From Asaia bogorensis (lineage in GTDB: Bacteria > Pseudomonadota > Alphaproteobacteria > CACIAM-22H2): 64,000 nt of DNA. The stretch lies in the NCBI GenBank assembly GCA_945901855.1, contig CAMDLT010000018.1, positions 3,245 to 67,244 on the forward strand. Reading direction: 5' to 3'. Every line of letters starts with the position of its first letter. Position 1 is the first letter of the stretch. The notes under the pieces were generated by a model. That model was not told the origin of the DNA and searched no databases. It saw only the letters and a program-made list of their open reading frames with translations. Below are positions 44,501 through 53,928 of this stretch, piece after piece. The translations under genes and the position numbers were made by a program.

Positions 44501-45088
44501 GATCTGTTCGATCGTGTCGCCGAACAGATCGAGCCGCACGGGCTCGGCCAGTCCGGGTGGGAAAAGATCGACGATGCCGCCACGCAGCGCGTATTCGCCG
44601 GGCTCGCGTACGGTTTCGGCTCGCCTGTAGCCGTCGCGCACCAAAAACGCCGACAGATCTTCCAGTTTCAGGCGTCCGCCGCGTTTGGCTTCGAACATGG
44701 CCAGCGCAAACTTGCTGCGCGGCGCCACGCGCTGCGTAATCGCGTTGACGGTGGTGAGCACGATACGGCGGCCCGTTTTGGCCGTGACGGGCTGTGCGAG
44801 ATCGACAAGCGCGTCGAGCCTGCGGCTGACGACCTCGCCATTTGGCGACACGCGGTCGTAGGGCAAGCAGTCCCAGGCCGGAAATGTCAGGATTTGCGCG
44901 CGCGCCCCGGCGAACACCAGCGCCTCGGCCAGCAGGCTTACGCGCGTGTCGTCGCGCGCGATATGCAGCACGTCCTGGCCGTGGCGCAGCAAGGCTGCCA
45001 AAACACCGGCATCTACGCCCGGCGGCGCGCCTGCAACATCCAACCGCTTTCCGGCGGCAATTCGTTTTTCAAATGACAGTGTTAACAA
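41585..45088 (-). CDS. mfd: transcription-repair coupling factor
   Basis: 1167 aa. UvrB-homology N-terminus, RNAP-interaction domain, superfamily-2 helicase motifs (DVGFGKTEVALRAA, VVDEEQHFGV, LSATPIPRTL, QLRGRVGR) and the TRG motif region. Confidence 0.97.
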   Translation of the reverse strand: MLTLSFEKRIAAGKRLDVAGAPPGVDAGVLAALLRHGQDVLHIARDDTRVSLLAEALVFAGARAQILTFPAWDCLPYDRVSPNGEVVSRRLDALVDLAQPVTAKTGRRIVLTTVNAITQRVAPRSKFALAMFEAKRGGRLKLEDLSAFLVRDGYRRAETVREPGEYALRGGIVDLFPPGLAEPVRLDLFGDTIEQIRRFDPMTQKSSGTLDAFALKPVSEVLLDPDSIERFRLGYRGEFGAVDARDALYAAVSAGQRYPGFEHWLPLFHDGLETLFDYLPDAVVSLDDQIEEAASARFEQIEEFFEARMLARDAFRKGKSADQFGETASSYNPLPTEALYLKPAQWRDFLAKRAVVALTPFARPVGADCVDAGGRGGIDFAAERAKPDANLFDAVRARVAAERAAGRRVLICAYSAGSRERLAHLLKEHGLSETATVKTAAEIDALAPQIVATTVLGLENGFTTPNLAAITEQDVLGDRLVRAARKRKRPDNFLTEAAALGEGDYVVHVDHGIGRYDGLVTIEVAGAPHDCLRIVYADNDKLFVPVENIEMLSRYGSEDAGAQLDKLGGAGWQSRKARVKKRVLEIANHLIQLAAERQLREGERFAPAEGLFDEFCARFPYVETEDQARAIADTLDDLAAGKPMDRLVCGDVGFGKTEVALRAAFVAAMAGVQVAVVVPTTLLARQHYRNFKKRFEGFPVRVAQLSRLVPAKDQAQTRLEMEAGRVEIVIGTTALLAKAVKFKQLGLVVVDEEQHFGVTQKERLKELRADVHVLTLSATPIPRTLQMALAGVRDLSLIASPPVDRLAVRSFVLPFDPVVVREAIMREKFRGGQTFYVVPHIEDLGAVRERLQQTVPECKIAVAHGQLTPTQIEDVMVGFVEGRFDILLSTNIIESGLDIPTANTMIIHRADMFGLAQLYQLRGRVGRGKLRAYAYFTVPGDRVLSAGAQKRLEVMQTLDSLGAGFQLASYDLDIRGAGNLLGQEQSGHIREVGVELYQQMLEDAVNAARSSGPKDGADEWAPQIGLGTPVLIPEDYVRDLNVRLGLYRRLSGLVDRAEIDAFAAELVDRFGPLPAEVQNLLDIIELKRLCKLAGVDKVDAGPKGAVLGFRKNKFAAPDKLIQMVFKQPTLLKLRPDHRLVYLRAWDEPADRLKGMRKLLGELAKIAA

Positions 45089-45092
45089 TTGA

Positions 45093-45356
45093 TTATCGAA
45101 CTATTTTAAAGTTTTGAAGGAGTGTCATGACGCCATTGTCATGGATCGCAGGCGGGGCTGCGCGACCCAATGCCCAATCCAGGATATTGGGGTCGCCTGC
45201 TTCGAGCAAAGCTTCGTACTGCGCCAATTCGGCATCGGAAAAGCCCGGCACATGCTGACGGGCAAATGCCCCCAGCAGGATGTCGGTCTCTTTCATGCCG
45301 GTATAGACGCTGCGATGGATCAGGCGTTTGCGTCGGATATCCGAGGATTCGGTCAT
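45093..45356 (-). CDS. sdhE: succinate dehydrogenase flavinylation/assembly factor 2 (SdhE/DUF339)
   Basis: 87 aa. RLIHRSVYTGMKETDILLGAF...LSDAELAQYEALL...DPNILDW fits the R.GM.E.D motif family. Located between mfd and recG, as is usual in alphaproteobacteria. Confidence 0.85.
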   Translation of the reverse strand: MTESSDIRRKRLIHRSVYTGMKETDILLGAFARQHVPGFSDAELAQYEALLEAGDPNILDWALGRAAPPAIHDNGVMTLLQNFKIVR

Positions 45357-45429
45357 GGCGGCCTTGTTGGAATCGGGGCATGGATATAGCCCTCCTGCTG
45401 CCGCCTGTCACCCACCCCGGAAATTGCCG

Positions 45430-47526
45430 ATGCGTCCGCCGATCCTGTTCCCGCTTTTTGCCGATATCCGAACCCTGCCGGGCGTGGGGCCCAAAATGGC
45501 ACCGTTGCTCGAACGCGCGGCCGGACCGCATGTGGTGGACATGCTCTGGCACCTGCCGAGCGGCCTGGTCGATCGGCGATTTTCCCCGCTCGTGGCCCAA
45601 GCGCCGGAGGGCGTGGTCGTCACGCTCAAGCTGCGGATCCTTGCGCACGAACCGGCGCGAACCTCGCGCCTGCCGTACCGCGTGCATTGTGAGGACGAGT
45701 CCGGCCCGATCGATCTGGTGTTCTTCCGCGTCAAAGGCGATTACCTGACGCGCCAATTGCCGGTGGGCGAAATCTGCGCCGTCAGCGGCCGGGTCGAGCG
45801 CTATCGCGACGATGCGCAGATGGCGCATCCCGACCACATGGTGGCTATCGCGCGCTTCGACGAAATCGCGATTGTCGAGCCGGTCTACGGCCTGACCGCG
45901 GGCCTGTCGCCCAAAACTGTCGCAAAGGCGGCAAAAGGAGCGCTTGCCAACGCGCCGAGCTTGCCCGAATGGGCCGACGCGCATTTGGTCGCAAAACGCG
46001 GCTGGCTCGATTGGCGCGCCGCCCTGGCCCGCGCCCATGCCCCGACATCGAACGAGGATACAAGCCTCGAAACGCCGTGGCGCAGTCGCTTGGCGTACGA
46101 CGAGTTGCTCGCGAACCAGCTTGCCCTGGCGCTTGTGCGCGCGCACCACAAACGTCGCAAGGGCCGCGCCTTGAAGGGCGACGGGCGATTGCGCGCCAAG
46201 GCCTTGGCGGCCCTGCCGTTCGATTTGACGGGGGCGCAGAAAATGGCGCTGGCCGAGATTTTGGGCGACATGGGCGCGACGGGACGCATGCAGCGCCTGC
46301 TGCAAGGCGATGTCGGCAGCGGCAAAACGGTGGTGGCGTTTTTGGCGATGCTGAATGCGATCGAATGCGGCCTGCAAACGGCCTTGATGGCGCCCACGGA
46401 AATTCTCGCCCGCCAGCATTTCGAAACGATTCTGCCGCTGGCCGAAGCGACGGGCATTCGTTTTGCCGTGCTAACGGGACGCGACAAAGGCAAAACCAAA
46501 CAAGCCGTTCTGGACGGCCTCGCCGAGGGCAGGATCGACCTTGTCGTGGGAACGCATGCTTTGTTCGAGGACGACGTCGTGTTCAAAGAGTTGGGCTTCG
46601 TTGTCGTCGACGAGCAGCATCGGTTCGGCGTGCATCAGCGCGTCGCGTTCGCCGCCAAGGGGATTTCGGAAGAAGGCGAAGTCGATACGCTCATCATGAC
46701 GGCAACGCCCATTCCGCGCACGCTGGTGATGTGCGCGTACGGCGACATGGACGTCTCGAAACTTGCCGAAAAACCGCCGGGCCGCAAACCGATCAAAACC
46801 GTTGCGGTTCCGCTCGAACGCATGGACGAAATCGTCGATGGCATTGCCCGAAAAATCGACCAAGGGGCGCGCGTCTATTGGGTATGTCCGCTCGTGGACG
46901 AGTCCGAGATCCTCGACCTTGCCGCCGCCACCCAGCGCCACGCCGCCTTGGCCGAGCGGCTGGGCGAGGCCCGCGTGCATTTGATCCACGGCAAGCTCAA
47001 ACCGTCGCAGAAGGATGCGGCAATGGCGGCCTTCATTGAAGGCCCGCCCGGCGTTCTCGTTGCAACGACCGTCATCGAAGTCGGCGTCAACGTGCCGAGT
47101 GCCACGGTCATGGTCGTCGAGCACGCCGAGCGTTTCGGCTTGGCCCAATTGCACCAATTGCGCGGTCGCGTCGGACGTGGCGAGGCTGAGAGCAGCTGCG
47201 TATTGCTCTACGCCCAGCCTTTGGGGGAAACCGCCAAAGCGCGCCTGACGATCCTCCGCGAAACCGAAGACGGCTTCCGCATCGCCGAAGAAGATCTGCG
47301 CTTGCGCGGGGCCGGCGAGGTGCTGGGCACCAAACAATCGGGCTTGCCGCAGTTTCGATTGGCCGACTTGGCCGTCCATGCCGATCTGCTGGAAATCGCG
47401 CGCGACGATGCGAGCCTAGCACTCGAGACTGACCCCAAACTCGAAAGCGAGCGCGGGCGCGCCTTGCGCACGCTGCTTTATCTGTTTGCGCGCGACGAAG
47501 CGTTCAAGCTCGCGCGGTTCGGTTAA
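45430..47526 (+). CDS. recG: ATP-dependent DNA helicase RecG
   Basis: Start at ATG 45430 (MRPPILFPLFADIRTLPGVGPK...). Wedge/OB domain, then helicase motifs LQGDVGSGKTVVA, VVDEQHRFGV, MTATPIPRTL, HGKLK, QLRGRVGRG. Confidence 0.95.
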   Translation: MRPPILFPLFADIRTLPGVGPKMAPLLERAAGPHVVDMLWHLPSGLVDRRFSPLVAQAPEGVVVTLKLRILAHEPARTSRLPYRVHCEDESGPIDLVFFRVKGDYLTRQLPVGEICAVSGRVERYRDDAQMAHPDHMVAIARFDEIAIVEPVYGLTAGLSPKTVAKAAKGALANAPSLPEWADAHLVAKRGWLDWRAALARAHAPTSNEDTSLETPWRSRLAYDELLANQLALALVRAHHKRRKGRALKGDGRLRAKALAALPFDLTGAQKMALAEILGDMGATGRMQRLLQGDVGSGKTVVAFLAMLNAIECGLQTALMAPTEILARQHFETILPLAEATGIRFAVLTGRDKGKTKQAVLDGLAEGRIDLVVGTHALFEDDVVFKELGFVVVDEQHRFGVHQRVAFAAKGISEEGEVDTLIMTATPIPRTLVMCAYGDMDVSKLAEKPPGRKPIKTVAVPLERMDEIVDGIARKIDQGARVYWVCPLVDESEILDLAAATQRHAALAERLGEARVHLIHGKLKPSQKDAAMAAFIEGPPGVLVATTVIEVGVNVPSATVMVVEHAERFGLAQLHQLRGRVGRGEAESSCVLLYAQPLGETAKARLTILRETEDGFRIAEEDLRLRGAGEVLGTKQSGLPQFRLADLAVHADLLEIARDDASLALETDPKLESERGRALRTLLYLFARDEAFKLARFG

Positions 47527-48392
47527 AGAAAGCGCAGCAACGCGGCCGCCGTCTCGGCGGGCGCTTCTTCGGGCAAAAAATGGCCGCACGCGATCGCGTG
47601 GCCCGAAACGTCGGTCGCCCATTTGCGCCAGATCGCCAGCGGATCCGCGACACGTTTGGCAAGGCCCCCTTCGCCCCACAGCACAAGCGTGGGGGCCACG
47701 ATCATGCGGCGGCCGAAATCTTCGCCGTCATGGACAAAGTCGCTCGTCGCGCCCGCGCGGTAGTCAGCGCAGGTTGCGGCGATCGATGCCGGATCGCGGA
47801 AAGCGGTCTTGTAGGCGTCGAGGGCCGCTGGCTCGAAGGCGCTGAAATCTTTCGACCAACGGCGCAATTTTTCGACCAGGTAATGGTCCGGATCGTCGCC
47901 GATCATTTTTTCGGGCAGGCCCCCGGCTTGCGCCAAAAAAAGCCAATGATACATGCCCGTCGCAAGGTCCTTGTCCATGCGTTGCCACGTCGCATGCGTG
48001 GGCAAGATGTCGAGCACGCAAAGTTTGGCAACCGCATCGGGATGGTCGAGCGCCAAGCGATACGCGACGCGCGCCCCGCGATCGTGGCCGCAAACGGCGA
48101 ACGAGGGAAAACCCAGGCCCCGCATCAGGCCCGCCATGTCCTTGGCCATGGTTCGCTTCGAGTAGAGCTGGTTGTCCGCATCCGCAACCGGCTTGCCCGA
48201 ATCGCCGTAGCCGCGCGTATCGGGGCATACGACGGTGAACCGCTTGGCCAATTCGGGTGCCATCTTGCGCCATAGAATATGCGTTTGGGGGTAGCCATGC
48301 AGCAGCAGCAAGGGCGGCCCCGCCCCGCCCCTGCGGTAGTGGATGGCGACGCCCTCGGGCGATGCGGTGCCGGTCTCGAAGTTTTCGAACAT
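47523..48392 (-). CDS. alpha/beta-fold hydrolase, haloacetate dehalogenase / epoxide hydrolase-like
   Basis: LLLLHGYPQTHILW, nucleophile elbow VCGHDRGARVA (Asp nucleophile type) and C-terminal ACGHFLPEEAP (His). Confidence 0.8.
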   Translation of the reverse strand: MFENFETGTASPEGVAIHYRRGGAGPPLLLLHGYPQTHILWRKMAPELAKRFTVVCPDTRGYGDSGKPVADADNQLYSKRTMAKDMAGLMRGLGFPSFAVCGHDRGARVAYRLALDHPDAVAKLCVLDILPTHATWQRMDKDLATGMYHWLFLAQAGGLPEKMIGDDPDHYLVEKLRRWSKDFSAFEPAALDAYKTAFRDPASIAATCADYRAGATSDFVHDGEDFGRRMIVAPTLVLWGEGGLAKRVADPLAIWRKWATDVSGHAIACGHFLPEEAPAETAAALLRFL

Positions 48393-48451
48393 GCGCGCAT
48401 GTTAGCCACGAAATCTTTGCCAGGGCCAGAGGGGCGCATTAATCTCGGGCA

Positions 48452-49138
48452 ATGATCGACAAACAAAAACAGAATCTTGCCGACGCGATGGCGGGCATCC
48501 AAGACGGCGCGGTCGTGCTGATCGCCGGTTTCGGCAATTCCGGCATTCCGGTCGAACTGATCGACGCGCTGATCGAACAGGGCGCCAAAGACCTTACCGT
48601 CGTTTCCAACAACGCGGGCTCGGGGCGTACGGATGTGGCAAAGCTGCTGGGCACCGGGCGGGTGCGCAAGCTCGTCTGCTCGTACCCGCGCACCTCGGGC
48701 TCGGTCGTGTTCGAGGAAATGTACAGCGCCGGCAAACTCGAACTCGAATTGGTGCCGCAAGGCACGCTGAGCGAGCGCATGCGCGCGGCGGCAGCTGGCA
48801 TTGCCGGGTTCTACACGCCGACCGCAGCGGGCACCAAACTCGCCGAAGGCAAAGAGACGCGCAATTTCGAGGGGCGCGATTATGTTCTGGAGCGTCCGCT
48901 AAAGGGCGATGTCGCGCTTGTCAAAGCCGAGCTTGCCGACCGCTGGGGCAACCTTACCTACCGTCTGGCCGCCCGCAATTTCGGCCCCACGATGGCCGCA
49001 GCGGCGGAACTTACGATCGTACAGGCCAGCCGCATTGTGGCGCTTGGCGAAATCGCGCCCGACCAGGTCGTAACGCCCGGCTTGTTTGTCGATCGCGTGG
49101 TGCATGTGCCGAACCCCAAACAAGCGGGAACCCCATGA
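48452..49138 (+). CDS. scoA: 3-oxoacid CoA-transferase subunit A
   Basis: DGAVVLIAGFGNSGIPVELIDAL, VSNNAG and ELELVPQGTLSERMRAAAAGI motifs. Confidence 0.9.
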   Translation: MIDKQKQNLADAMAGIQDGAVVLIAGFGNSGIPVELIDALIEQGAKDLTVVSNNAGSGRTDVAKLLGTGRVRKLVCSYPRTSGSVVFEEMYSAGKLELELVPQGTLSERMRAAAAGIAGFYTPTAAGTKLAEGKETRNFEGRDYVLERPLKGDVALVKAELADRWGNLTYRLAARNFGPTMAAAAELTIVQASRIVALGEIAPDQVVTPGLFVDRVVHVPNPKQAGTP

Positions 49139-49797
49139 ACGGACTTTCGCGCGATGCGATCGCCAAACGCGCGGCGATGGATTTGTGGGACGGGGCCGTC
49201 GTCAATCTTGGCATCGGCCTGCCGACGCTCGTTGCCAACTACGTGCCCGCAGGCCGCGAGATCGTCTACCACTCTGAGAATGGGATTTTGGGCGTCGGCC
49301 CCTCGCCCGGCCCCAACGAGATTGATCCCGATCTGATCAACGCCTCGAAGACACCCGTGTCGTTGCTGCCAGGCGCGTCGATCTTCCACCACACTGACGC
49401 GTTCGTGATGATACGCGGCGGCCATATCGATCTGGCCTTGCTGGGCGCGATGCAGGTCTCGGCCGCGGGCGACCTTGCAAATTGGGCAACCGGCGACGAA
49501 AAAATGCCGCCTGCGGTCGGCGGGGCAATGGATTTGGCTGCCGGTGCCAAGGGCGTATTCGTGCTCATGGAACACACGACCAAGGACGGCGGCGCGAAGA
49601 TCGTCGAACGTTGCACCTATCCCTTGACGGCACCGCGCGTCGTAACGCGTATTTTTACCAATCTGGCGGTGATCGATGTCGGCGCGGACGGTTTGACGGT
49701 GCGCGAATTGGCGCCGTCAATAGATTTTGCGGTCCTGCAGGCCAAAACCGATGCAAAACTTCATCTGGCATCGGATTGGCGCCAGATAGGGACTTGA
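49135..49797 (+). CDS. scoB: 3-oxoacid CoA-transferase subunit B
   Basis: VNLGIGLPTLVANY, YHSENGILG (catalytic Glu motif SENG), GGAMDL. ATGA overlap with scoA. Confidence 0.9.
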   Translation: MNGLSRDAIAKRAAMDLWDGAVVNLGIGLPTLVANYVPAGREIVYHSENGILGVGPSPGPNEIDPDLINASKTPVSLLPGASIFHHTDAFVMIRGGHIDLALLGAMQVSAAGDLANWATGDEKMPPAVGGAMDLAAGAKGVFVLMEHTTKDGGAKIVERCTYPLTAPRVVTRIFTNLAVIDVGADGLTVRELAPSIDFAVLQAKTDAKLHLASDWRQIGT

Positions 49798-49919
49798 TTT
49801 CTGCAGGTTTCTGCATTTATCTGTTGACCAACGACTTCGATGGCACAGCGAAATTGCCGCGGGCTAGAATTGCCCCGTTGTCCGAGAGAACTTAACGCGG
49901 GCCCCAGAAGGGGTCTATC

Positions 49920-50774
49920 GTGGAGGTTTCCTTGGTCGCTTCGCTGTCAACCTCGGTCAATACCAATTTGGGCGCGATTTCGGCACTTGCGTCTCTGCGC
50001 AAAATCAATGCGCAGTTGCAGGTCGTCAACAAACAGTTGGAAACCGGCTACCGGGTCGCGGACGCCGCAGACGACGCGTCGACCTTTTCGGTTGCGCAAG
50101 GTTTGCGCGGCGACTTGCAGGCTTTTTCGGCCGTCCAAGGTTCGCTTGCCAATGGCGTCGGGCTTGCCAGCGTCACGCAAGCCGCCCTGACCTCGATTTC
50201 GGATACGGCCGGCAACATCCAGGCGAAGCTCGCGCAACTCTCGGATGCTTCGATCACGGCCGGGCAGCGTGCGATTTACACGGCCGACTACAACGCGCTG
50301 ACATCGCAGATTTCGAATTTTATCGGCCAAGCGAACTACAACGGCGCCAACCTGATTTCGGCCGGTTCGGCCGCGCGCACGTACCTTGCCAGCATTTCCG
50401 GCTCGACCTTGAGCCTGTCGAGCCAGGCCTCGACGTCAACGGCGTTCACGACCTTTACTGGAGCCGTCAACGTATCGACCGCGTCGGATGCGACGGCGGC
50501 ACTGACGCCGCTCACCACCTTCCAGACTGCAATCTCCTCGTCGCTTGCATCGAACTCTGGCGAATCGCGCGGCTTGACCGTGCAGTCGGGATTCGTGAAC
50601 GCGATCAGCGATGCGGTCACGACTGGCTTGGGCGTCTTGGTCGATGCCGATATCGGCAAGGCGGCGGCGCAAAGCCAATCGCTGCAGGTGCGCCAGCAAT
50701 TGGCCGTGCAATCGCTGTCGATCGCCAACCAGCAACCTGGCGTTCTGCTGGGTCTGTTTCCGGGCGCGCGTTAG
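49920..50774 (+). CDS. flagellin (short alphaproteobacterial type)
   Basis: N-terminal SLSTSVNTNLGAISALASLRKINAQLQVVNKQLETGYRV and C-terminal LVDADIGKAAAQSQSLQVRQQLAVQSLSIANQQPGVLLGLF match the conserved flagellin D0/D1 ends. The start is ambiguous: GTG 49920 (AGAAGGGG upstream) or TTG 49932 (GGAGG 5 nt upstream). Confidence 0.9.
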   Translation: MEVSLVASLSTSVNTNLGAISALASLRKINAQLQVVNKQLETGYRVADAADDASTFSVAQGLRGDLQAFSAVQGSLANGVGLASVTQAALTSISDTAGNIQAKLAQLSDASITAGQRAIYTADYNALTSQISNFIGQANYNGANLISAGSAARTYLASISGSTLSLSSQASTSTAFTTFTGAVNVSTASDATAALTPLTTFQTAISSSLASNSGESRGLTVQSGFVNAISDAVTTGLGVLVDADIGKAAAQSQSLQVRQQLAVQSLSIANQQPGVLLGLFPGAR

Positions 50775-50777
50775 GAT

Positions 50778-51725
50778 CTAATTGACGGGCGTCAGTTTCG
50801 GGCGCCCTTCCAAATGCGCGAGCAGGTTGTCGACCGCCAGGTCGCCCATGGCTTTGCGCGTCTCCACTGTGGCCGATCCCACATGCGGGGCCAGCACCAC
50901 GTTGGCGAGCGAAAAGAATGCGGTCGGTACATGCGGTTCGTCTGCGAACACGTCCAGCCCGGCGCCCGCGATCGTGCCGTCTTGCAGGGCTGCCAGCAAA
51001 GCCGCTTCGTCGACGACGGAGCCGCGCGCCACATTGACCAGATAGCCGTGCGGCCCGAGCGCTTTGAGCACATCCGCATCGACAAGATGGCGCGTGGCGG
51101 CACCGCCCGGCGTGATCACGACCAGCACGTCGCACCAAGCGGCCAGATCGACAAGCGTGTCGAAATAGCGCAAGGCGACATCCGCTTGTTTGGTGCGGCT
51201 GTGATAGGCGATTTCCATATCGAAGCCTGCCGCGCGCTTGGCGATGGTCTTGCCGATGCGCCCATAGCCCAAAATTCCGAGCTTCTTGTGGTGCACGGCG
51301 ACGGTCAGCGCCTGTCCGCCCTTGGGCCATGCGCCCGTGCGCACATGCTGGTCGGCCTGCGGCAATCGTCGCATCGCGCCAAGCATCAGACCCATCGCCG
51401 TGTCTGCCACGCAGTCGTTGAGCACGCCCGGCGTGTTGGTCACCACGATGCGGCGCGCGCTTGCCGCCGCAATGTCCACGCCGTCATAGCCAACGCCGTA
51501 GCTCGAAATGATCTCAAGCTTGGGCAACGCTTCGATCAGCGCCGCCGGCACACTGCCGCCGCCGCTGGTTTGCAGGAAGCGCACGCTGGTTCCCAAGCGC
51601 GCCAAAAACGCGGCGCGTTCGGGCCCGGCAGCTGGCAGCATATGAACCTGAAAACGTTCTTCCAACCGTGCCCAGCAGGTGTCGGGCAGTTTGGCGGTCG
51701 AGATCAGATCTGGTTTGGCGGACAT
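50778..51725 (-). CDS. D-isomer-specific 2-hydroxyacid dehydrogenase (glyoxylate/hydroxypyruvate reductase-like)
   Basis: Start at ATG 51725. LGILGYGRIGKTIA (NAD GxGxxG), VNVARG, LDVFADEP, APHVGSAT. Confidence 0.9.
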   Translation of the reverse strand: MSAKPDLISTAKLPDTCWARLEERFQVHMLPAAGPERAAFLARLGTSVRFLQTSGGGSVPAALIEALPKLEIISSYGVGYDGVDIAAASARRIVVTNTPGVLNDCVADTAMGLMLGAMRRLPQADQHVRTGAWPKGGQALTVAVHHKKLGILGYGRIGKTIAKRAAGFDMEIAYHSRTKQADVALRYFDTLVDLAAWCDVLVVITPGGAATRHLVDADVLKALGPHGYLVNVARGSVVDEAALLAALQDGTIAGAGLDVFADEPHVPTAFFSLANVVLAPHVGSATVETRKAMGDLAVDNLLAHLEGRPKLTPVN

Positions 51726-51741
51726 GGGGCTGCCTCTGGGA

Positions 51742-52506
51742 TCAGGATTTGAAACGCTTGGCGAGCGCGTCGGCGTTTTTGAGCAAAACGCCGTTGTCGC
51801 TGCCCACGGCAACGAACTGGTAGCCCTCGGCCAGACGCGTCTTGGCTTCTTCTTCGACGCCGGTCAGATACCCGCCCGCTTTGCCGGCCGCGCGTATTTC
51901 CTTGATGGCGCCGGTGATGACCTTCTGCACGTCGGGGTGCTGGAAATTTCCCAGATGCCCCATCGAGGCGGCAAGGTCGGACGGTCCGATGAACACGCCG
52001 TCCACGCCCTCAACCGACGCGATTTCGCGCAAGCGCCCGATCGCCTCCATCGTCTCGACCTGAACGAGAACGCAGATCTCGTCGTTGGCTTTTTTCAGGT
52101 AGTCCTTCACCCGACCGAAATTCGATGCACGCGCGGTGGTGGCAACGCCGCGAATTCCGTGCGGCGGATAGCGCGTGGCGGCGACTGCCTGTTTGGCTTC
52201 TTCGGCCGTCTGTACGAAGGGGAACAGCAGGCTCTGCGCGCCGATGTCGAGCAGGCGCTTGACGAGAACGGCATCGTTCCAGGCGGGGCGCACGATCGGC
52301 GTGGCTGTGCCGCCTTTCATGGCCTGAAGCTGGCTCACCAGGGCCGGCAATTCGTTGGGCGAATGTTCTGTGTCGAGCAGGATCCAGTCGAATCCAGAAT
52401 GCGCGATCCCCTCGGCCACCATGTTCGATCCCAGGCTCGACCACAGCCCGATCTGCGCTTTTCCGTCCTTGAGCGCCTTCTTGAAGGCGTTGACTGGCAA
52501 TTCCAT
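51742..52506 (-). CDS. HpcH/HpaI-family 2-keto-3-deoxy-acid aldolase
   Basis: Start at ATG 52506 (MELPVNAFKKALKDGKAQIGLW...). DWILLDTEHSP, IVRP, VQVET, GVDGVFIGPSDL. Confidence 0.9.
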   Translation of the reverse strand: MELPVNAFKKALKDGKAQIGLWSSLGSNMVAEGIAHSGFDWILLDTEHSPNELPALVSQLQAMKGGTATPIVRPAWNDAVLVKRLLDIGAQSLLFPFVQTAEEAKQAVAATRYPPHGIRGVATTARASNFGRVKDYLKKANDEICVLVQVETMEAIGRLREIASVEGVDGVFIGPSDLAASMGHLGNFQHPDVQKVITGAIKEIRAAGKAGGYLTGVEEEAKTRLAEGYQFVAVGSDNGVLLKNADALAKRFKS

Positions 52507-52552
52507 CTCGACTTTCCTCCCCACGCGTTTCGTTTGATCGGTCTTAAGCCGG

Positions 52553-53662
52553 TTAGCCGCTTTGTGCAACCAAATCGGCCACATGCGCCGCGATCGCGGG
52601 CGCCGATGTCAGTCCCGGCGATTCGATGCCGTAAAGCGCAAAATAGCCCGGCACGCCGTGCGTTGCCGGGCCTTCGATGACAAAATCGGGCGCTGGCGCT
52701 CCTGCCGGCACGATTTTTGGTCGTATGCCCGAATAGGAAGGCTGGATCGCGCCGTCTTTGAGGCCGGGCCAATAGCGTCGAACCTCGTCGTAAAAACTCT
52801 CGCTGCGCGCCGGATCGACATCGTAGTCGATGGTCTCGATCCATTCGACGTCGGGTCCGAAGCGCGCCTGGCCCGCAAGATCGATCGTGATATGAACGCC
52901 AAGCCCGCCGGGCGAAGGTACTGGATAGATCAGGCGCGAGAACGGCGCTTGGCCCTGGAGCGAAAAATAGTTTCCCTTGGCGTAATAGAGCGGCGGCACG
53001 CTTTGGGCCGGAATGCCGACGATCGCGCGCGCCAGTTTTTGCGCCCCCAGCCCCGCCGCATTCACCAGCGTGCGCGCTTTAAGGCGCATGGGCGAAGCGC
53101 CGCCGGTATCGAGCGCAATGCCGTCGTTGGCGACGTGCCCGCCATGAACCGGCGTTTCGAACGCGATCATGGCGCCATGCTCTTCGGCCTCGCCCTGGAA
53201 GGCCAGCATCAGACCGTGGCTGTCGACGACGCCTGTCGAAGGCGACAGCAACGCCGCCACGCACGCCAAATTGGGCTCGAGTTTTTTTGCGTCCTTCGCG
53301 TCGAGCAGCACCAGATCCTCAACGCCGTTGGCAAGGCCGGTCGCGCGCAGCTTTTCGAGGTAGCCAAGCTGCGAGGGATCGGTCGCGACGATCAGCTTGG
53401 TCGAACGGCGATGCGCAATCCCGCGCGCGGCGCAATATTCGTAGATGAATTTTTTGCCCGCCACGCAGTGCCGCGCCTTGAGGCTGCCCGTGGGATAGTA
53501 AATGCCGGCATGGATGACTTCGCTGTTGCGCGACGAGGTCTCGGTGCCGATCGCGTCGGCGGCTTCGAGCACGACGACGTCGCGTCCGGCCAGTGCGAGC
53601 GCACGTGCGACCGCCAGCCCCACCACGCCCGCGCCCACGACCACGCAATCGGCGGTTTCCAT
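52553..53662 (-). CDS. FAD-dependent oxidoreductase, L-2-hydroxyglutarate oxidase/dehydrogenase-like
   Basis: [14 protein letters not shown] (dinucleotide fold), [17 protein letters not shown] and C-terminal GIESPGLTS. The ATG 53662 overlaps the stop of the upstream 88-aa ORF (TAATG). Confidence 0.85.
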   Translation of the reverse strand: METADCVVVGAGVVGLAVARALALAGRDVVVLEAADAIGTETSSRNSEVIHAGIYYPTGSLKARHCVAGKKFIYEYCAARGIAHRRSTKLIVATDPSQLGYLEKLRATGLANGVEDLVLLDAKDAKKLEPNLACVAALLSPSTGVVDSHGLMLAFQGEAEEHGAMIAFETPVHGGHVANDGIALDTGGASPMRLKARTLVNAAGLGAQKLARAIVGIPAQSVPPLYYAKGNYFSLQGQAPFSRLIYPVPSPGGLGVHITIDLAGQARFGPDVEWIETIDYDVDPARSESFYDEVRRYWPGLKDGAIQPSYSGIRPKIVPAGAPAPDFVIEGPATHGVPGYFALYGIESPGLTSAPAIAAHVADLVAQSG

Positions 53663-53928
53663 TATTCGCCGTAGGCGCTCGGCGTTTCGTCGAGCATCGC
53701 ATTCCAGATGGGCAGCACGACGTCGGCAGGCCGCTTCGTGCCGTAGACGATAGCCTTGGTGGCCGCATCGAACATTTCGCGCGTCGGCACGCGGCGGACG
53801 ATCACGTAGCCCGCGCGCTCGAGCGCGTCGATCGCGGCATGCGATTGCTTGGTGTAGTCTTCGAAAATATAGCGCGTGTCCGCTTTGCGGATGGCGCGCG
53901 CGATGACAAGGTCTGGCGTTTCCGGCAT
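53662..53928 (-). CDS. hypothetical protein (88 aa)
   Basis: [88 protein letters not shown]. Both ends are translationally coupled: TGATG with cheZ and TAATG with the flavoenzyme. No family recognised. Confidence 0.55.
   Translation of the reverse strand: MPETPDLVIARAIRKADTRYIFEDYTKQSHAAIDALERAGYVIVRRVPTREMFDAATKAIVYGTKRPADVVLPIWNAMLDETPSAYGE

Noticed and set aside
49802-49820. Short hairpin TGCAG-gttt-CTGCA followed by TTTAT after scoB as a terminator
   Set aside because: It has only a 5-bp stem and a weak T-tract, too marginal to call. It is mentioned only as a possibility.
49841-49858. TGGCAC...TTGC upstream of the flagellin gene, resembling a sigma-54 (-24/-12) promoter
   Set aside because: The GG and GC dinucleotides are separated by 12 nt (TGGCACAGCGAAATTGC) rather than the invariant 10 nt, so it does not fit the sigma-54 consensus.
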